From Mytilus trossulus (Eukaryota): a DNA stretch of 64,000 nucleotides. Location of the stretch: assembly GCF_036588685.1 (NCBI RefSeq), contig NC_086375.1, positions 23,684,001-23,748,000 on the forward strand. The letters are read 5' to 3'. Shown here piece by piece: positions 55,101-64,000 of this stretch (the first letter of the stretch is position 1; each line of letters starts with the position of its first letter). The notes beneath the pieces were generated by a model, which worked only from the letters and a program-made list of their open reading frames with translations, was not told where the DNA came from and did not search any database. A program made the position numbers and the translations under genes.

Positions 55101-58100
55101 TCTGGTTTGGCTCATCGTGTGATATTGACATATTGGCCAGTACGTTATAAATTCCCCAGACTTTAACCAATATGGTTTTGACCTTCATCAGTGATCTATA
55201 TTGATGGGGCACATATTTCTCTTGTTCGTAATAAATTATATGTATAACGTTATTAAACATGACTGTCATAGTCATAATAATCCCATGTATCACTTTAATT
55301 TTTATTTTCTAATTTCCATCTATTTTGAGAGCTTTCCATCTATGTCCCAATCCAATATTTTCTGATCAAGTGGAAGTGTGATAGATATATTCATCGTTCT
55401 CTCAGATACTTCGGAGAATCTTTCTTAATAAATAAAACGGAATATGGGTATAAATAAATGAGACACTAACCTAATAAAGCCATAATTTAAATAAAATCCT
55501 AATACTTTTTTTCGAATCTTTGTAAAAAAATGCATTTTTATCCCATTGCAATATTCTAGTTTTGAAATTAAGCACAAGTCAAAAGGCTCATAGAAACAAA
55601 ACAAATCTTTATTAGCCGACTTTTAAGGGACCATTACAATACAGTTTGTACAAGTTTTAATTGTTATGTGTTATGAATGTGCACTTTCAATATAAGACTG
55701 AAAGGAGATGAAGGTACATGTTTTATACTACAAAAGTCTAATTTACCTTTTACATAAGAATAAAAATATCCCATCTCTATCCATGTGCTCTAGTCCAGAA
55801 AAATATTCAGAAAAAACTTTTACAAAATATTAATGATCAATTAAGGAATAATTTGTCCAAAGTTACACAATTAGAATATCAAAATTGATCAGCTTTTCAC
55901 AATGCACTATTCCTGTATTTTTTCCAATTATTGAAGAGAAAAGTGTAAAAATGCACTTAATAATCCTTTGATGAACACAAAATGCACAAATTCCAACTAA
56001 CTCCAATAATCTTTTAATTTATCCCTATAAAAATCACTTCCAAATAATCCATTCCTTTGATAAAACTGCTTGAACTTTTAACTTAAACAAAAACTTTTAA
56101 CAAAAAATCTAAGAAAATAAAATCCATTTCTTTTTTTCAATGATTATGCTTTGATTTCATTTCATTCCAAAAATCTATAAATTTGTTCCAATAATAACAT
56201 TCCTAACTGTAAGTAAAAGTACAGATATAAGCTAGTATATCCCCTTTTGTTTATCATTATTCTAACCACATGATAACAACACCTGTATACAGACTATATT
56301 ATCTAACCCTATGTAATCGACATGTGAAATATACACAATTATCTCACATGTACTAATAAGATTAGGCAATCCATATCACAAACATGAAAGAAATTCGAAA
56401 CTGATAATCAATCTTAAAAGAAAGTTTTATTAATGAAAGGAATTTTATGAATATTGAAATCAGACAACTACCCTGATCTTCAGACAAAGGAATAACGGTC
56501 ATGCTATATATTTAAAAGAAATTACACCCTTGAATTAAGATACAAGATTTTTGAAGAATTTTCCGTTGTTTTATCATGGTGAGATCTTGCCCTCAAAAAG
56601 AAAAAAAAATAACAAAATTCCTACCCTGTGATTTTCTGACCAGGTAGAAAACATTTAATTATAGGGTTTATCCCCATGTGGACTGTATCCCCTCCCCGTG
56701 ATATAATTATGTATTATTTGCCCCAAGTGAGTGTAACAATACTAATTATCCCCTGTTTAATCACTTTCAGAAATTACAACTTGTGAGGTCAGAAAATATA
56801 AACATTAAGCCTGCCAAGATATATTACTAGTCAGACCAGTATTTTTACATTTAACCCAAATGCCAACATATATAAAAACATTGACTTTGCCAAAATATAC
56901 TACTATTTTGTCCACTATTTTACGCTAATTCACTCATGAGCCAAAATAATAGATACTACATACGAAAAGTAATTTTCATCATCTTTTTTCTATAATCAAC
57001 TGTCTGTGTAAAAACAGTACTATTGTTATAAACTTGTTTGGATAGGTCCTTGTGATTTTGCAATCTTAGAGTTCCAATTGCTTCATTTAATCTGACCTCC
57101 TTAGGTCAACAAGACATAACTGTTTTTTGTTATTTCCTGCTTAGAATCAGATGTCTTATAGTTTTCACATTGCTGATTTTGCAACTACCTTTCTCTAAAA
57201 GGACTATAAAGTATCTAAAAACTTGTACTATGCACACTGAGTTAGAATATTGAAACTATTTTTCTGTTAAAGTACTAAAATGGAAAAAAATCTGGAGTAA
57301 GCAATACACTTTACACACAAGATGAGGTTCAAAAGCATAAAAATTATCTTTAGTACTTTTCCAAGGTTTTCTTAAGATAGCAAAAATATTAGCAGATAAA
57401 ACATTGATATGAAATATGTAAATTTACAACAGATAAAATATTGATATGCAATTTGTTAATCTAACAACAGCCTACCTTAATATTCCAGCATTTACTAATG
57501 TCTTTATTTGTTCGATCACTTAAAAGTACGAAATCAAAAACTTTTCAAGTAATCACTTTTAAAGAACATATCCAATATTGCAAAATAAATATATCACTTG
57601 TCAATTAAAATCTGTCAGTTTCAATAACTTTGAATCCCATTTCACCAAGTAACCTTAGTATTACTGTTGTATTTTAGTCCTCGGTATATATAGACTGTTC
57701 CATTTACGACTTCCTATTGAATGACAGTAGGATAGTCTAAACTATGTCCCATAAAATTTTTATCAATGAAAACTTTTCTACCCATGAATCAGTATATGAA
57801 CAAATATAATTGTGTGAACGCCATAAAATTCAGTTATTATCAAACTTGCACAGAAATTTCAACTTTTCTTACAACTATCCAACATTCCTTTTGAGTTTAT
57901 GTCCAAATAATAAATGATTCATATCCAATGTTCAATTAAATCACTATAAACTTTTTTTACAATGTCCCTGCAACATGTGTTATTAGATCATAAAATGAAT
58001 GTAAGTCTTGGCAGATCATTTTCTAAGATGATCAATTAATACATTAATTTTTCATGGCAAATTAAGCATAGCCTTCAGAAATGAGATTGCTGTCCAAACA

Positions 58101-61100
58101 CATGCTTAAAGAAAACAATCCATTTTCTTCAACCACCTGGTGATATTTTCAACAATTTGACAGTTTTTCGTCCCCAGGCTCCGGCTAATTTATCAAACTT
58201 GTGTTTACTTCTCTTATTAGATTAATTTGTCCAAACAAGTCGCTACTTTTTACCTATTCCTTTAAGATTTATCTATTAAACTTCCCGACTCATCATAAGG
58301 AGGCTTATCCGCGGGCATCCATTTCTTTCAACGTACTAATTTTATCTCTTGTACTGAAGGAATATTGTTTTGAACTTTTGATCATGATATTATTTTTTAT
58401 CACTAAGTTTACATCTTATAGGACGCGTGCAATCTCCACAGAAGTAAAATATGCTTCATAGAGCAGATCATCATGGCTCTGACTGATACATTCGAAGTGG
58501 AAAATTGATTTCCACAAATCTATTATAAAATTCACGACTGAAAATAAGGCAATAAGAAAGAACATCCGAAGTGATCCAATAATTTTCTAAAATATCAAAG
58601 ATTGTCCTTTATCAATACGTTGTTTAATTTTAATGATTTTTAAGTCAAGCAGAAATAATCAAATTTGTTCGCGAACCGAATTATAAAAAATACATGAATT
58701 TGGCTAGATAATATTATTATACATTTCACAGATTCAATTTAATTGTTTGCAATCTTGAATTTTACAGAAAATGAAAGCTTTCAGGCCTAAAGCATTAAAT
58801 GTGTATGAAACAAAAAAGTAAATTTAAAAGCCCTTTTAAAGAATTCCATTTAAAGTTTTATTTCTAAAACCAATTTGCTTAGCTAATTTTTTCTTTTTCC
58901 CTATTATTCATTTTGTCTATCTGACAGATAATTCAATACATTTTATAAACATTTTGACTAGAAGAAATTTATAACATTGACTGTATACAATTTTCTTTTT
59001 TATGACTTAAATTTAATTGTAAAAACATAAATCACTATTGCTAATGAACAGTCAAGAATACTATTCAAATCAATAGAAAAAGACCACTAAGCTATTACAA
59101 ATCTCATTGTTTGACCAATGTCCAGTTGTCGTTTGACCATTGTCCAGTGTTTTACATCATTATTTCAGGTTGAAGCAACGTTGACAAGTCTTTGTTGATG
59201 CTTAAAGAAGCATGAGTTGACACCTGGTTCAAGCATACTTCAGCAAGATTATAAATACTGATTAACGTTGACTATTTCCTCCTTAAAAATACCAATTACG
59301 CCTGCATGTGCACTGATCCCGCAACATTTCACTGGTCGCGATCAACTAATGAAAGCCTTTGTGACAAGTTGCAAAGCATGCAAGTGGCAATATTAAACGA
59401 CAATCATACTTTATATAAAGTCTTTTACTGAAGTGACACACACGCTATTGTCCTATACCCCCTCACGATAAAATAACATTGTAAATCGTTAACAATTATT
59501 AATGTAATTTATTAGCTTATCTCCTGAAATTCTTTATATTCCAAGTTCAAATCAGATCAACACATGTGCATGCATGGCCCCATCCCCCCTTTTTTTTCAA
59601 ATAGTCAACAATCTAATTCTTTTGTAATTTTAATGTAACATTAAATGGACTCACTTTTCAAAACGTTATGCTTTCAGAAAACAGTATTTCATTCTTCAGA
59701 TATCAAAGGTTCCATTAGATAAAATTTGACAGCGTTTGAAATAATTATTATAAAATTTTTACATTTAAACAAAGAGAATAATTTTTGAAAGGTTTCATCA
59801 AAATCATCTCAATATATCTGTATTGTTTAATGAAATTTAATTAAGAATCTAATTTCGGAATTTATAAAGTTTCACAAAAATGAAAAGCAATAATTTCTAG
59901 GCATCAGATGTTAGCCTTTCCAACTGTCAGCTTTAACTCAACGTTATTATGTAATAATTTTACATATAACCCAATTATAATAAAATTTATGAATTTTTTT
60001 GAGTGGTAATAGTGTCTTAATTCTACACTGTGTTTGTAATGACATCCTGCACTGTTCACGTTTTTGTTTGATGTCTGAAACTTCAATTGATTTATTTTTT
60101 TCTGTGTTTGATTTGGAAGTTTTTCGGTCCTCATAACATGTAATTTTGTCAAAAAACATGTAATTCACATAAAGAGAATATTACAGAGAAAAGTGGTCAC
60201 ACATTATCTGCTTCAAACAAAATTGTCTTCTGACGTGAACTTGACAAAAAATATATGAAGTTAATATTTGCCATAATGGTTGTCTCGGATAAAAAAGAAC
60301 ATTAAAATATTTCCTGTGGTATTTTGCTCTCATTTAATTCTTTTATAAATGATAATTTAATAATACTCTGAGCTATAAAATGTTAAGCACCATCAAATCA
60401 GAACATATAAAATGTAAGTCTTTTACTTATGTTTTTCCTTTATTGTAGATTTTCGTCAGATTATTATTTTCACATCAGTGCATACTTTTTTCATCGTAGG
60501 TACATACAACCCAAGATACTGCTTTTAACCATCCCTAACACAAAAGTGACAAAACCTCTAATTTTCCACCCTCAAGAACATAAAACATCAGATACTGTTT
60601 TCCCCTTGAAACATTAAAACCTCAGATACTGTTTAACCCCTTAGAACATAAAACCTCATATAATGTTTTTCCCTTTGGAACATAAAACCCCAGATAATTT
60701 TTTTCCCCTTAGACACATAAAACCTCAGATACTGTTTTTCCCTTTGGAACATAGATCCTCAGAAAAAGTTTTTCCCCTTTGGAACATAAAACCTCAGAAA
60801 CTTTTTTTCCCCTTGGAACATAAAAACCTCAGATACTATTTTTCCCCTTGGAACATAAAACCTCAGATACTGTTTTCCCCTTTGAACATAAAACCTCAGA
60901 TACGTTTTTTACCTCGAACATAAAACCTCAGATACTGTTTTCCCCTTTGAACATAAAACCTCAGATACGGTTTTTCCCTCGAACATAAAATCTTAGATAC
61001 GATTTTTGATGTCAGGAATGTGATTTAAACCTGGATGTTTTCACCCTTGGAATATACAAGTATTTTTTTTCTGTCGGAATATAAAACCCCAGATATTGTT

Positions 61101-61625
61101 TTTGCTGTTTAGATATGAAACCAGAATCGTGAAATATGAAACCTCAAATACTATTTTTTACCCATAAAACCTCAGTTTTTCCATTAATAAAGATATAATT
61201 TCCAGTTTTCTTTAGAATATTTCTATGTATGATCCTTGCTATATAAGAATTTCTCAAAGAACTAACCTAACAACTTTTTAGCTTTTTACATCAATCATGT
61301 CTTAAGAACTTCTTAACTCTGGTAAAAACTGTAAGAGTATTTACTGAATAAATTCAATAAAAACATCGCATATAGGTTTTCTGTATACATCCAGACAGTC
61401 TACGAATCCAACAGATGATTTTATCCAATATTTACAAGCCACATAAATCTAAATTTTACCAATTTCTTTTCTTAAATAGGACGATATATTCTCATTTTGA
61501 ATAGATTTACATACATGATAATGGAATAAATGGGACTTCCCCTTACCTGAACAGACTTCCAGGCTTGATTTGGATGGATTGGTTGACCATTGGCTGGCAA
61601 CGGCTGACTTTTGCTTTTGGTGTAC
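1011..61625 (-). CDS. KIF26: Kinesin-11 family (KIF26A/B-like) gene, partial; exons join complement(61547-61625, 52818-53524, 32848-33013, 26511-26708, 25999-26092, 20545-20742, 18743-18898, 17931-18020, 1011-1155)
   Basis: Nine GT-AG exons with compatible phases. The translation has KIF26 hallmarks: SAAASFFAR|[15 protein letters not shown]...GVGK|[28 protein letters not shown]|[70 protein letters not shown]. Start and 3' exons lie outside the window. Confidence 0.93.
2522..2572. mobile_element. 37-bp palindromic P-element-like relic/footprint with 7-bp TSD
   Basis: gtaacac|CATGGAAGTATTATATTGACAACATCATACATCCATG|gtaacac; the insert is an imperfect palindrome with CATG ends. Confidence 0.65.
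2833..3264. mobile_element. MITE with ~33-bp TIRs, TA-flanked
   Basis: Left tagggccgtagtt...atttttagttttacgaa vs right ttcgtaaaactaaaaatataataactatggccta; internal repeated cctcctaccc. Confidence 0.8.
3572..3591 (+). repeat. Left terminal inverted repeat of Kolobok-type element
   Basis: GGAGATATGAACCTGACGAA preceded by TTAA. Confidence 0.9.
3745..3838 (+). promoter_or_regulatory. Putative internal TATA-less promoter of the transposon gene
   Basis: CpG-dense patch in AT-rich DNA, with adjacent TTCCGG (ETS-like), CGCCATTT (YY1-like) and GTAAACA (forkhead-like) 40-65 bp upstream of the ATG. Confidence 0.4.
3839..3956 (+). CDS. Transposase gene exon 1 ([39 protein letters not shown])
   Basis: ATG 267 bp inside the left end, open frame to donor GTAAGT; phase 1 matches exon 2; basic N-terminus and DHNY motif. 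Confidence 0.75.
3839..14121 (+). CDS. DDE transposase (Kolobok/Mutator-like fold) fused to DEDDh exonuclease with PML-like C-terminus, 871 aa; join(3839-3956, 7271-7479, 7870-7966, 8531-8711, 9495-9574, 10310-11100, 11737-11876, 12301-12494, 13316-14121)
   Basis: Exon lengths 118+209+97+181+80+791+140+194+806 = 2616 nt = 871 codons + TGA; all introns GT-AG and all phases compatible. Motifs: [36 protein letters not shown]; [25 protein letters not shown]. Confidence 0.9.
4076..4206. mobile_element. Small MITE in transposase intron 1
   Basis: ~40-bp imperfect inverted repeats attagtccgagattg...tccaacg / cgttggacg...caatcttggactaat. Confidence 0.75.
4416..4523. mobile_element. Small MITE in transposase intron 1
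   Basis: Inverted repeats gtcaaaataattat..ctggcaaggctattttt / aaaaatagcattgccag..ataattatttggac. Confidence 0.7.
4790..5050. mobile_element. MITE with a second GC-rich MITE fragment (~4835-4981) nested inside
   Basis: Outer inverted repeat gatatcataaaatatcagccac / gtggctgatattttaaaatatc; inner ggatccag...poly-C...ctggatccaccactg. Confidence 0.6.
5090..5645. mobile_element. Degenerate non-autonomous DNA element
   Basis: Inverted subterminal motifs ccttacatatttgcacccaa / ttgggtgcgaacatgtaagg around an AT-rich core; left terminus unclear. Confidence 0.5.
6261..6820. repeat. Near-perfect tandem duplication, 280-bp unit x2
   Basis: caaaatttctgattattaa at 6262 and 6542; cctgacaaaa ends at 6540 and 6820; only a few substitutions. 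Confidence 0.95.
7271..7479 (+). CDS. Transposase gene exon 2 ([10 protein letters not shown]...CLKC...GLGCLLK)
   Basis: ttgcAG acceptor, GTAAGT donor; within ORF 7069..7533. Confidence 0.88.
7870..7966 (+). CDS. Transposase gene exon 3 ([10 protein letters not shown]...WDVNSKLAT)
   Basis: Polypyrimidine-cAG acceptor, GTACAT donor; overlaps ORF 7894..8079. Confidence 0.85.
8531..8711 (+). CDS. Transposase gene exon 4 ([22 protein letters not shown]...)
   Basis: ttacAG acceptor, GTATGT donor; within ORF 8461..8781. Confidence 0.88.
8796..9180 (+). mobile_element. Abundant interspersed repeat (SINE/HINE-like), longest copy in window; contains (TG)n
   Basis: aaaagaagatgtgg...aatgagacaactctccac...aacaactacaggtcac...caatgagcaaagccca recurs at least 7 times in the window. 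Confidence 0.8.
9495..9574 (+). CDS. Transposase gene exon 5 with first catalytic Asp ([22 protein letters not shown])
   Basis: ttacAG acceptor, GTATAA donor, 80 nt; absent from the ORF track. Confidence 0.9.
9835..10110 (+). mobile_element. Degenerate Helentron-associated (HINE/DINE-like) repeat fragment
   Basis: Begins in a T-run (tttttgtcaagc...) and contains tgaccttgac / catattttcatggttc core motifs typical of mollusc HINE-like repeats (recognised from memory). Confidence 0.45.
10310..11100 (+). CDS. Transposase gene exon 6, catalytic core (second Asp, DxxH, Glu)
   Basis: ORF 10321..11145; actAG acceptor, GTAAGT donor. Confidence 0.93.
11112..11320. mobile_element. MITE (TA-flanked, Tc1/mariner-like ends)
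   Basis: Right end ccacgaaaataaatgaatccacagta, degenerate left end gaattcattattatttgtgg..ttttcgtgg; related fragment at ~16007 (tactgtggattt). Confidence 0.6.
11737..11876 (+). CDS. Transposase gene exon 7, basic linker / NLS-like ([10 protein letters not shown]...[12 protein letters not shown])
   Basis: ttttcAG acceptor, GTAATT donor; phase 0 to 2. Confidence 0.88.
12301..12494 (+). CDS. Transposase gene exon 8, linker and ExoI motif (YFDVETTGL)
   Basis: atttAG acceptor, GTAAGG donor; ORF 12269..12514. Confidence 0.9.
12593..12708 (+). mobile_element. Copy of the abundant interspersed repeat
   Basis: Matches 8796-8910 and the reverse complement of 47517-47653. Confidence 0.8.
13316..14121 (+). 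CDS. Transposase gene exon 9, DEDDh exonuclease ExoII/ExoIII plus PML-C-like tail
   Basis: ORF 13339..14121; tttcAG acceptor; [34 protein letters not shown]...RVTKSKKII. Confidence 0.93.
14215..14685. repeat. Diverged direct duplication (~205/235 bp) in the 3' region of the transposon
   Basis: atttagatg..aaagaaattg..ttgagtaagggc..tcctatcatatgggtaataagggtacttttt..gattgcagaccaaaagtgta..gaagataaccaa at 14215-14418 and 14450-14685. Confidence 0.85.
15732..15751 (-). repeat. Right terminal inverted repeat of Kolobok-type element
   Basis: TTTGTCAGGTTCATATCACC followed by TTAA. Confidence 0.9.
17028..17161. repeat. Short direct duplication (~50 bp)
   Basis: tgatctgaaaactg..ataatacaatataaagctgggaagaattct occurs twice. 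Confidence 0.8.
17742..17850 (-). mobile_element. Degenerate copy of the abundant interspersed repeat
   Basis: tgctcattgtagaaggc...ggtggagagttgtttcattggcaatcttaccaca. Confidence 0.65.
17931..18020 (-). CDS. KIF26: KIF26-like exon (switch I region, [30 protein letters not shown])
   Basis: tttacAG acceptor, GTAAGG donor, 90 nt, phase 1 to 1; not in the ORF track. Confidence 0.92.
18743..18898 (-). CDS. KIF26: KIF26-like exon ([52 protein letters not shown])
   Basis: caacAG acceptor, GTAAGA donor, 156 nt; within ORF 18708..19037. Confidence 0.93.
20545..20742 (-). CDS. KIF26: KIF26-like exon (GKSYTIVG...[35 protein letters not shown]...)
   Basis: tttcAG acceptor, GTAAGG donor, 198 nt open frame with kinesin motor motifs. 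Confidence 0.93.
25999..26092 (-). CDS. KIF26: KIF26-like exon ([32 protein letters not shown]-loop start)
   Basis: ttttgtAG acceptor, GTAGGT donor, 94 nt, phase 0 to 1. Confidence 0.92.
26302..26418 (-). mobile_element. Copy of the abundant interspersed repeat
   Basis: ggctttgctcattg...gacctatagttgttaatttctgtgtca...gagttgtctcattggcaat. Confidence 0.75.
26511..26708 (-). CDS. KIF26: KIF26-like exon (start of motor domain, VKVMLKIC...[15 protein letters not shown])
   Basis: ttttcAG acceptor, GTAAAA donor, 198 nt, phase 0 to 0; ORF 26451..26708. Confidence 0.93.
28160..28320 (+). pseudogene. Relic of non-LTR retrotransposon (CR1/L2-like) ORF2 C-terminus
   Basis: Fragmentary translation GHYNKD...[22 protein letters not shown] resembles the C-terminal GRY...C..C...DE.HF...C motif. 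Confidence 0.4.
30229..30475. repeat. Direct duplication (~108 bp, ~139-bp spacing)
   Basis: tttatgacac..tcctctgattggttcatgttatgactatttc..acaaaaggggagataatt..tttaaagt occurs twice. Confidence 0.9.
31720..32035. repeat. Complex local tandem duplication
   Basis: tgtccaggaaaataaatc...gtttgaattctgg.accaga x3 and gtctgatggccttta x2. Confidence 0.85.
32848..33013 (-). CDS. KIF26: KIF26-like exon ([13 protein letters not shown]...[23 protein letters not shown])
   Basis: attacAG acceptor, GTGAGA donor, 166 nt, phase 2 to 0. The true frame differs from both ORF-track calls here. Confidence 0.9.
34248..34505. repeat. Diverged tandem repeat (~105 bp, ~2.5 units)
   Basis: ctggtca.ac.at...ctgc.tgcaag...aatgtcagtaaactgtgt repeated. 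Confidence 0.75.
34610..34735 (-). mobile_element. Degenerate copy of the abundant interspersed repeat
   Basis: ggtggagagttgtctcattggcaagaataccacat. Confidence 0.65.
35333..35885. repeat. Diverged tandem repeat array
   Basis: Repeated aatcagtcataggtccctcatcaaaacaatcaataaa..atcaatggtacacttaactctgg..aaaacaa units. Confidence 0.75.
37225..37265 (-). CDS. Candidate alternative first coding exon of KIF26-like gene ([14 protein letters not shown])
   Basis: ATG plus 12 further codons plus AG|GTATGA donor; the phase-2 end matches the acceptor phase of exon 33013. Confidence 0.4.
38048..38570. repeat. Minisatellite, ~28-bp unit (gaaca(t/g)gatgttctgtagagcagagagt)
   Basis: Directly visible tandem array with longer variant units; explains the three overlapping minus-strand ORFs. 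Confidence 0.95.
43646..44410. repeat. Two diverged ~95-bp direct repeats about 670 bp apart
   Basis: gaaaatcagatcatggat.gtagaaa...agactgacca...tcaa.tacagc..cagatttataaac at ~43646-43741 and ~44315-44410. Confidence 0.7.
46126..46763. repeat. Tandem repeat, ~120-140-bp unit x5
   Basis: tcccatagatagatacagtttcc...tttcaggttacgaagtgaccaagagctggttta repeated. Confidence 0.92.
47517..47653 (-). mobile_element. Well-preserved copy of the abundant interspersed repeat
   Basis: ttatagctgactatgcggtatgggctttgct...gttgtctcattggccatcataccacatcttctttttt; retains CpGs. Confidence 0.8.
48976..51275. mobile_element. Non-autonomous hAT-like element with 5-bp TSD (ATTAG), 2300 bp including nested insert
   Basis: attag|CAGGGCTCGACATTA ... 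TAATGTAGAGGCCTG|attag (13/15 TIR identity); subterminal ggacaagt/acttgtcc repeats at both ends. Confidence 0.88.
49687..50900. mobile_element. Nested non-autonomous hAT-like element with 6-bp TSD (ACTTCA), 1214 bp
   Basis: acttca|CATACATGTGA ... TCACATGTATG|acttca (perfect 11-bp TIR); subterminal ctcccg and ctcctga repeats. Confidence 0.88.
51707..51780. repeat. Perfect 36-bp tandem duplication
   Basis: aacttcagaatcacacctacaatgtatatgaccttt x2. Confidence 0.9.
52818..53524 (-). CDS. KIF26: KIF26-like exon, Q/N/P-rich repeat region ending SAAASFFAR
   Basis: attgcAG acceptor, GTAAGA donor, 707 nt open frame (ORF 52814..53551); the conserved AASFFAR joins AAQKL of the next exon. Confidence 0.88.
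60577..61180. repeat. Minisatellite, ~36-bp unit (gaacataaaacctcagatactgtttttcccctt)
   Basis: About 12 clear units to ~61007, then decaying copies. Confidence 0.93.
61547..61625 (-). CDS. KIF26: Probable KIF26-like exon ([26 protein letters not shown])
   Basis: Strong acceptor ctttttatctttgcAG and donor CAG|GTAAGG; the phase-0 end is compatible with exon 53524; locally GC-richer. No recognisable homology. Confidence 0.7.
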
Positions 61626-64000
61626 CTGCAAAGATAAAAAGATAATTCATATGAATACAAGTTGCAATAATACAGAAATGAATTATACTTCAAAATGGTT
61701 ACTTATTTACTCATAAAATTAAACTTTGAGTATGCACAACATTCAATAGAAAAGAGTTTGAGAAAAATTCTTACTCACATTAAAACTAAAACAGAAAACT
61801 TTTGTTTTTTTAACATTTATTTATTTGTAGTCTTTAATTTTTTACTTCTCAACTTGTATACATGTAAAACTTTTTAACTTCTTGATGGGGAAAATGCATG
61901 TATTGTCATGCTTTTCATACACACACTTGTAATTTTAGGAAGTCATTCAGTTCAGTAGTACTTGAGATAAGTGTGAAGTTTTAATTTCAATTTTATTCTG
62001 CATATTGTTAATTTCAAATATCGGCAAACAGGAAATAGGTGTCTACCAGATCCAATAAGTTTACCCATGTTACATTAAGTCAACTCTGTCAAGAGGTTTA
62101 CCAAATATGAGGTCATTTTGTTCAATAGAACCTGCGAAAAAGTGTGCAGGGATTATTCGTTGGCCACACTGTTAGGCAGATATTTATAATGTCTGCCCTT
62201 TCATATGATATTTTTTGCTAGGCAAAAGAACAGTTCTTGCCCTTTTATTTAGCTTTAAAATCAAAATGCTTTAAAAAAAAATAATTTAATTTTCTGATGA
62301 AAGTGATCCCAAGAAAGTTTTCAAATGTTTTATCGATATACCATAGGTTAAAATTTTCCCATTTTGCTCTTATTTTAGAGCATCAGTTTGTCTTTGGTGT
62401 GAATATCAAATTAATCAAAATAGTCATAGACATTTTAGAGGCAAGACATAACTTTACTTCGTTTTTTTTTTTAATAATTGAATAAATAACATATATAGAT
62501 GAAAAGATATAATTCCATAAAAAAATGAAAGATATTAAATGCAATTAAATTCTAAATGAAAAGTTTATAGAATTCAGATCAAAGAAATACGACAAAATAC
62601 TAATAACAATAAGAGCTGATCATAGAATGAGCGAATATTGAATATTGCATACAAAAAACACAATATCAATATATGTATAATAAATGTTATAAATGATCCG
62701 ATGTCAAGGTTTAATTGAAGATAATTGGTAAAAATAGAATTTCTCTGACAGGAATTGTAATGATAAAGAATTGAAATCCATTAATTTGTGAAAATTAACA
62801 GCTGTATATGAAATGTGACTAATTACTTAAACAATGAAGTTCAATTTCCTTTCTTACCAAAACACTCAAAGTATAGGCATCATAACAAAAGTATATCGTT
62901 TTTACAATTTCAATGAAATAAAAACATTTCTTTTTTTAACGATTTTTCAATGTTCCGTTTCATAGCAAATGCATTTAAAAAGTTTGCACAGTTAAATGAA
63001 GACGAAACAAATTAAACCAGATCAAAAGAACATGACGAATTAATTTTCCGCGTTTAAAATATTTCTGCATTGAATAAAATAACACCTGGAAAAGAGAACT
63101 ATTTAACAACTAGCTTTTAAATGTTGATCTAAGGGAATTTCAAATGCATTTAAAATATTAAATGAAATCCATTCGTACAATCCAAATAGAATTACTAAAA
63201 TATCACCTCGTAAACCTGCAATAATGAACAACTTGAAATAAATCAACATTTATTGTACATGTATTTGACAATGTCTGAGCAATAACAAATTCCTATCTTG
63301 TCTAGGAAACACCTGGCAAAAGTTTTTACCTGTAATCAGGATCCTACTTGGACTTGAGGTTAGCCGTCTGCTGTTTCAGCAGTTGATACACTGATAATAT
63401 CTAGAGTTATCCCCCCTCTTACAAGTTTCTACAATTTATCAGTGCAATCGTAGAGTATTGTTTTTGTTATGATTATTTCCAATGTAAAAATAAATATATA
63501 ATGCAATAGAATAATAAACAGAGAGACAGGCTAATTTTACCTTTATTTATTTCATGCCATTGCAATTTTGAGTATCAGAGCTATAAGTTTATACTTTTGA
63601 GGTTCTAACTTCTATCAATATAATGCTTTATTACGAAATGAATGACCAAATAGGCCAATTAAAAGTCAATTTTGATAAATTTGATTAAATTTTGAATATA
63701 AATACAAAATTAAAAAAAAAAAAAATCACTTAATTTTTTTCTTAAGCCTTTTAGATAAAAATCAATTTAATCTTGATTAAAGATGTCCATTGATTGCAAA
63801 ATCTTACAAAACCATTTAAAATTTGCTACATTGTATCTTTAAACTGCCTTGAACAACAATTGCTTTATGAAATTTAATTTAGATTCTATTCAAAAATGGA
63901 AAATTGTTGTATAATGTTTTAAGTATATAATACATGTATATAGTCGAATTTTGATGATAGAGTATAAAAAACTTTCAGATCTTGACCCTGTGATAGAAAA

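Noticed and set aside
60429-60923. ORFs 60429..60617 and 60663..60923
   Set aside because: Derived from or running into the 36-bp minisatellite.

Overview
AT-rich eukaryotic genomic DNA, most likely a bivalve. The abundant interspersed repeats resemble those I recall from Mytilus mussels, but this is not verified. The whole window lies inside a large minus-strand kinesin-11 (KIF26A/B-like) gene. I can reconstruct 9 phase-compatible coding exons (61625->1011), and the gene runs off both ends. The main discovery sits in its 16.8-kb intron between the switch-I and switch-II exons: a complete 12,180-bp DNA transposon (3572-15751) with 20-bp TIRs (GG...CC) and perfect TTAA target-site duplications, i.e. 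Kolobok-type ends. It carries a plus-strand 9-exon gene that splices (all GT-AG) into one uninterrupted 871-aa ORF. The protein runs HCF-1-binding motif (DHNY), C4 zinc ribbon, DDE transposase (D...D, DxxH, E), basic NLS-like linker, a DEDDh 3'-5' exonuclease with all catalytic residues present, and a PML-C-terminus-like tail. The rest of the window is intronic: MITEs, a nested pair of hAT-like elements with 5-bp and 6-bp TSDs, a 37-bp P-element-like footprint, minisatellites and local duplications. All exon structures were inferred by eye from splice signals and reading frame; no transcript or database evidence was available.
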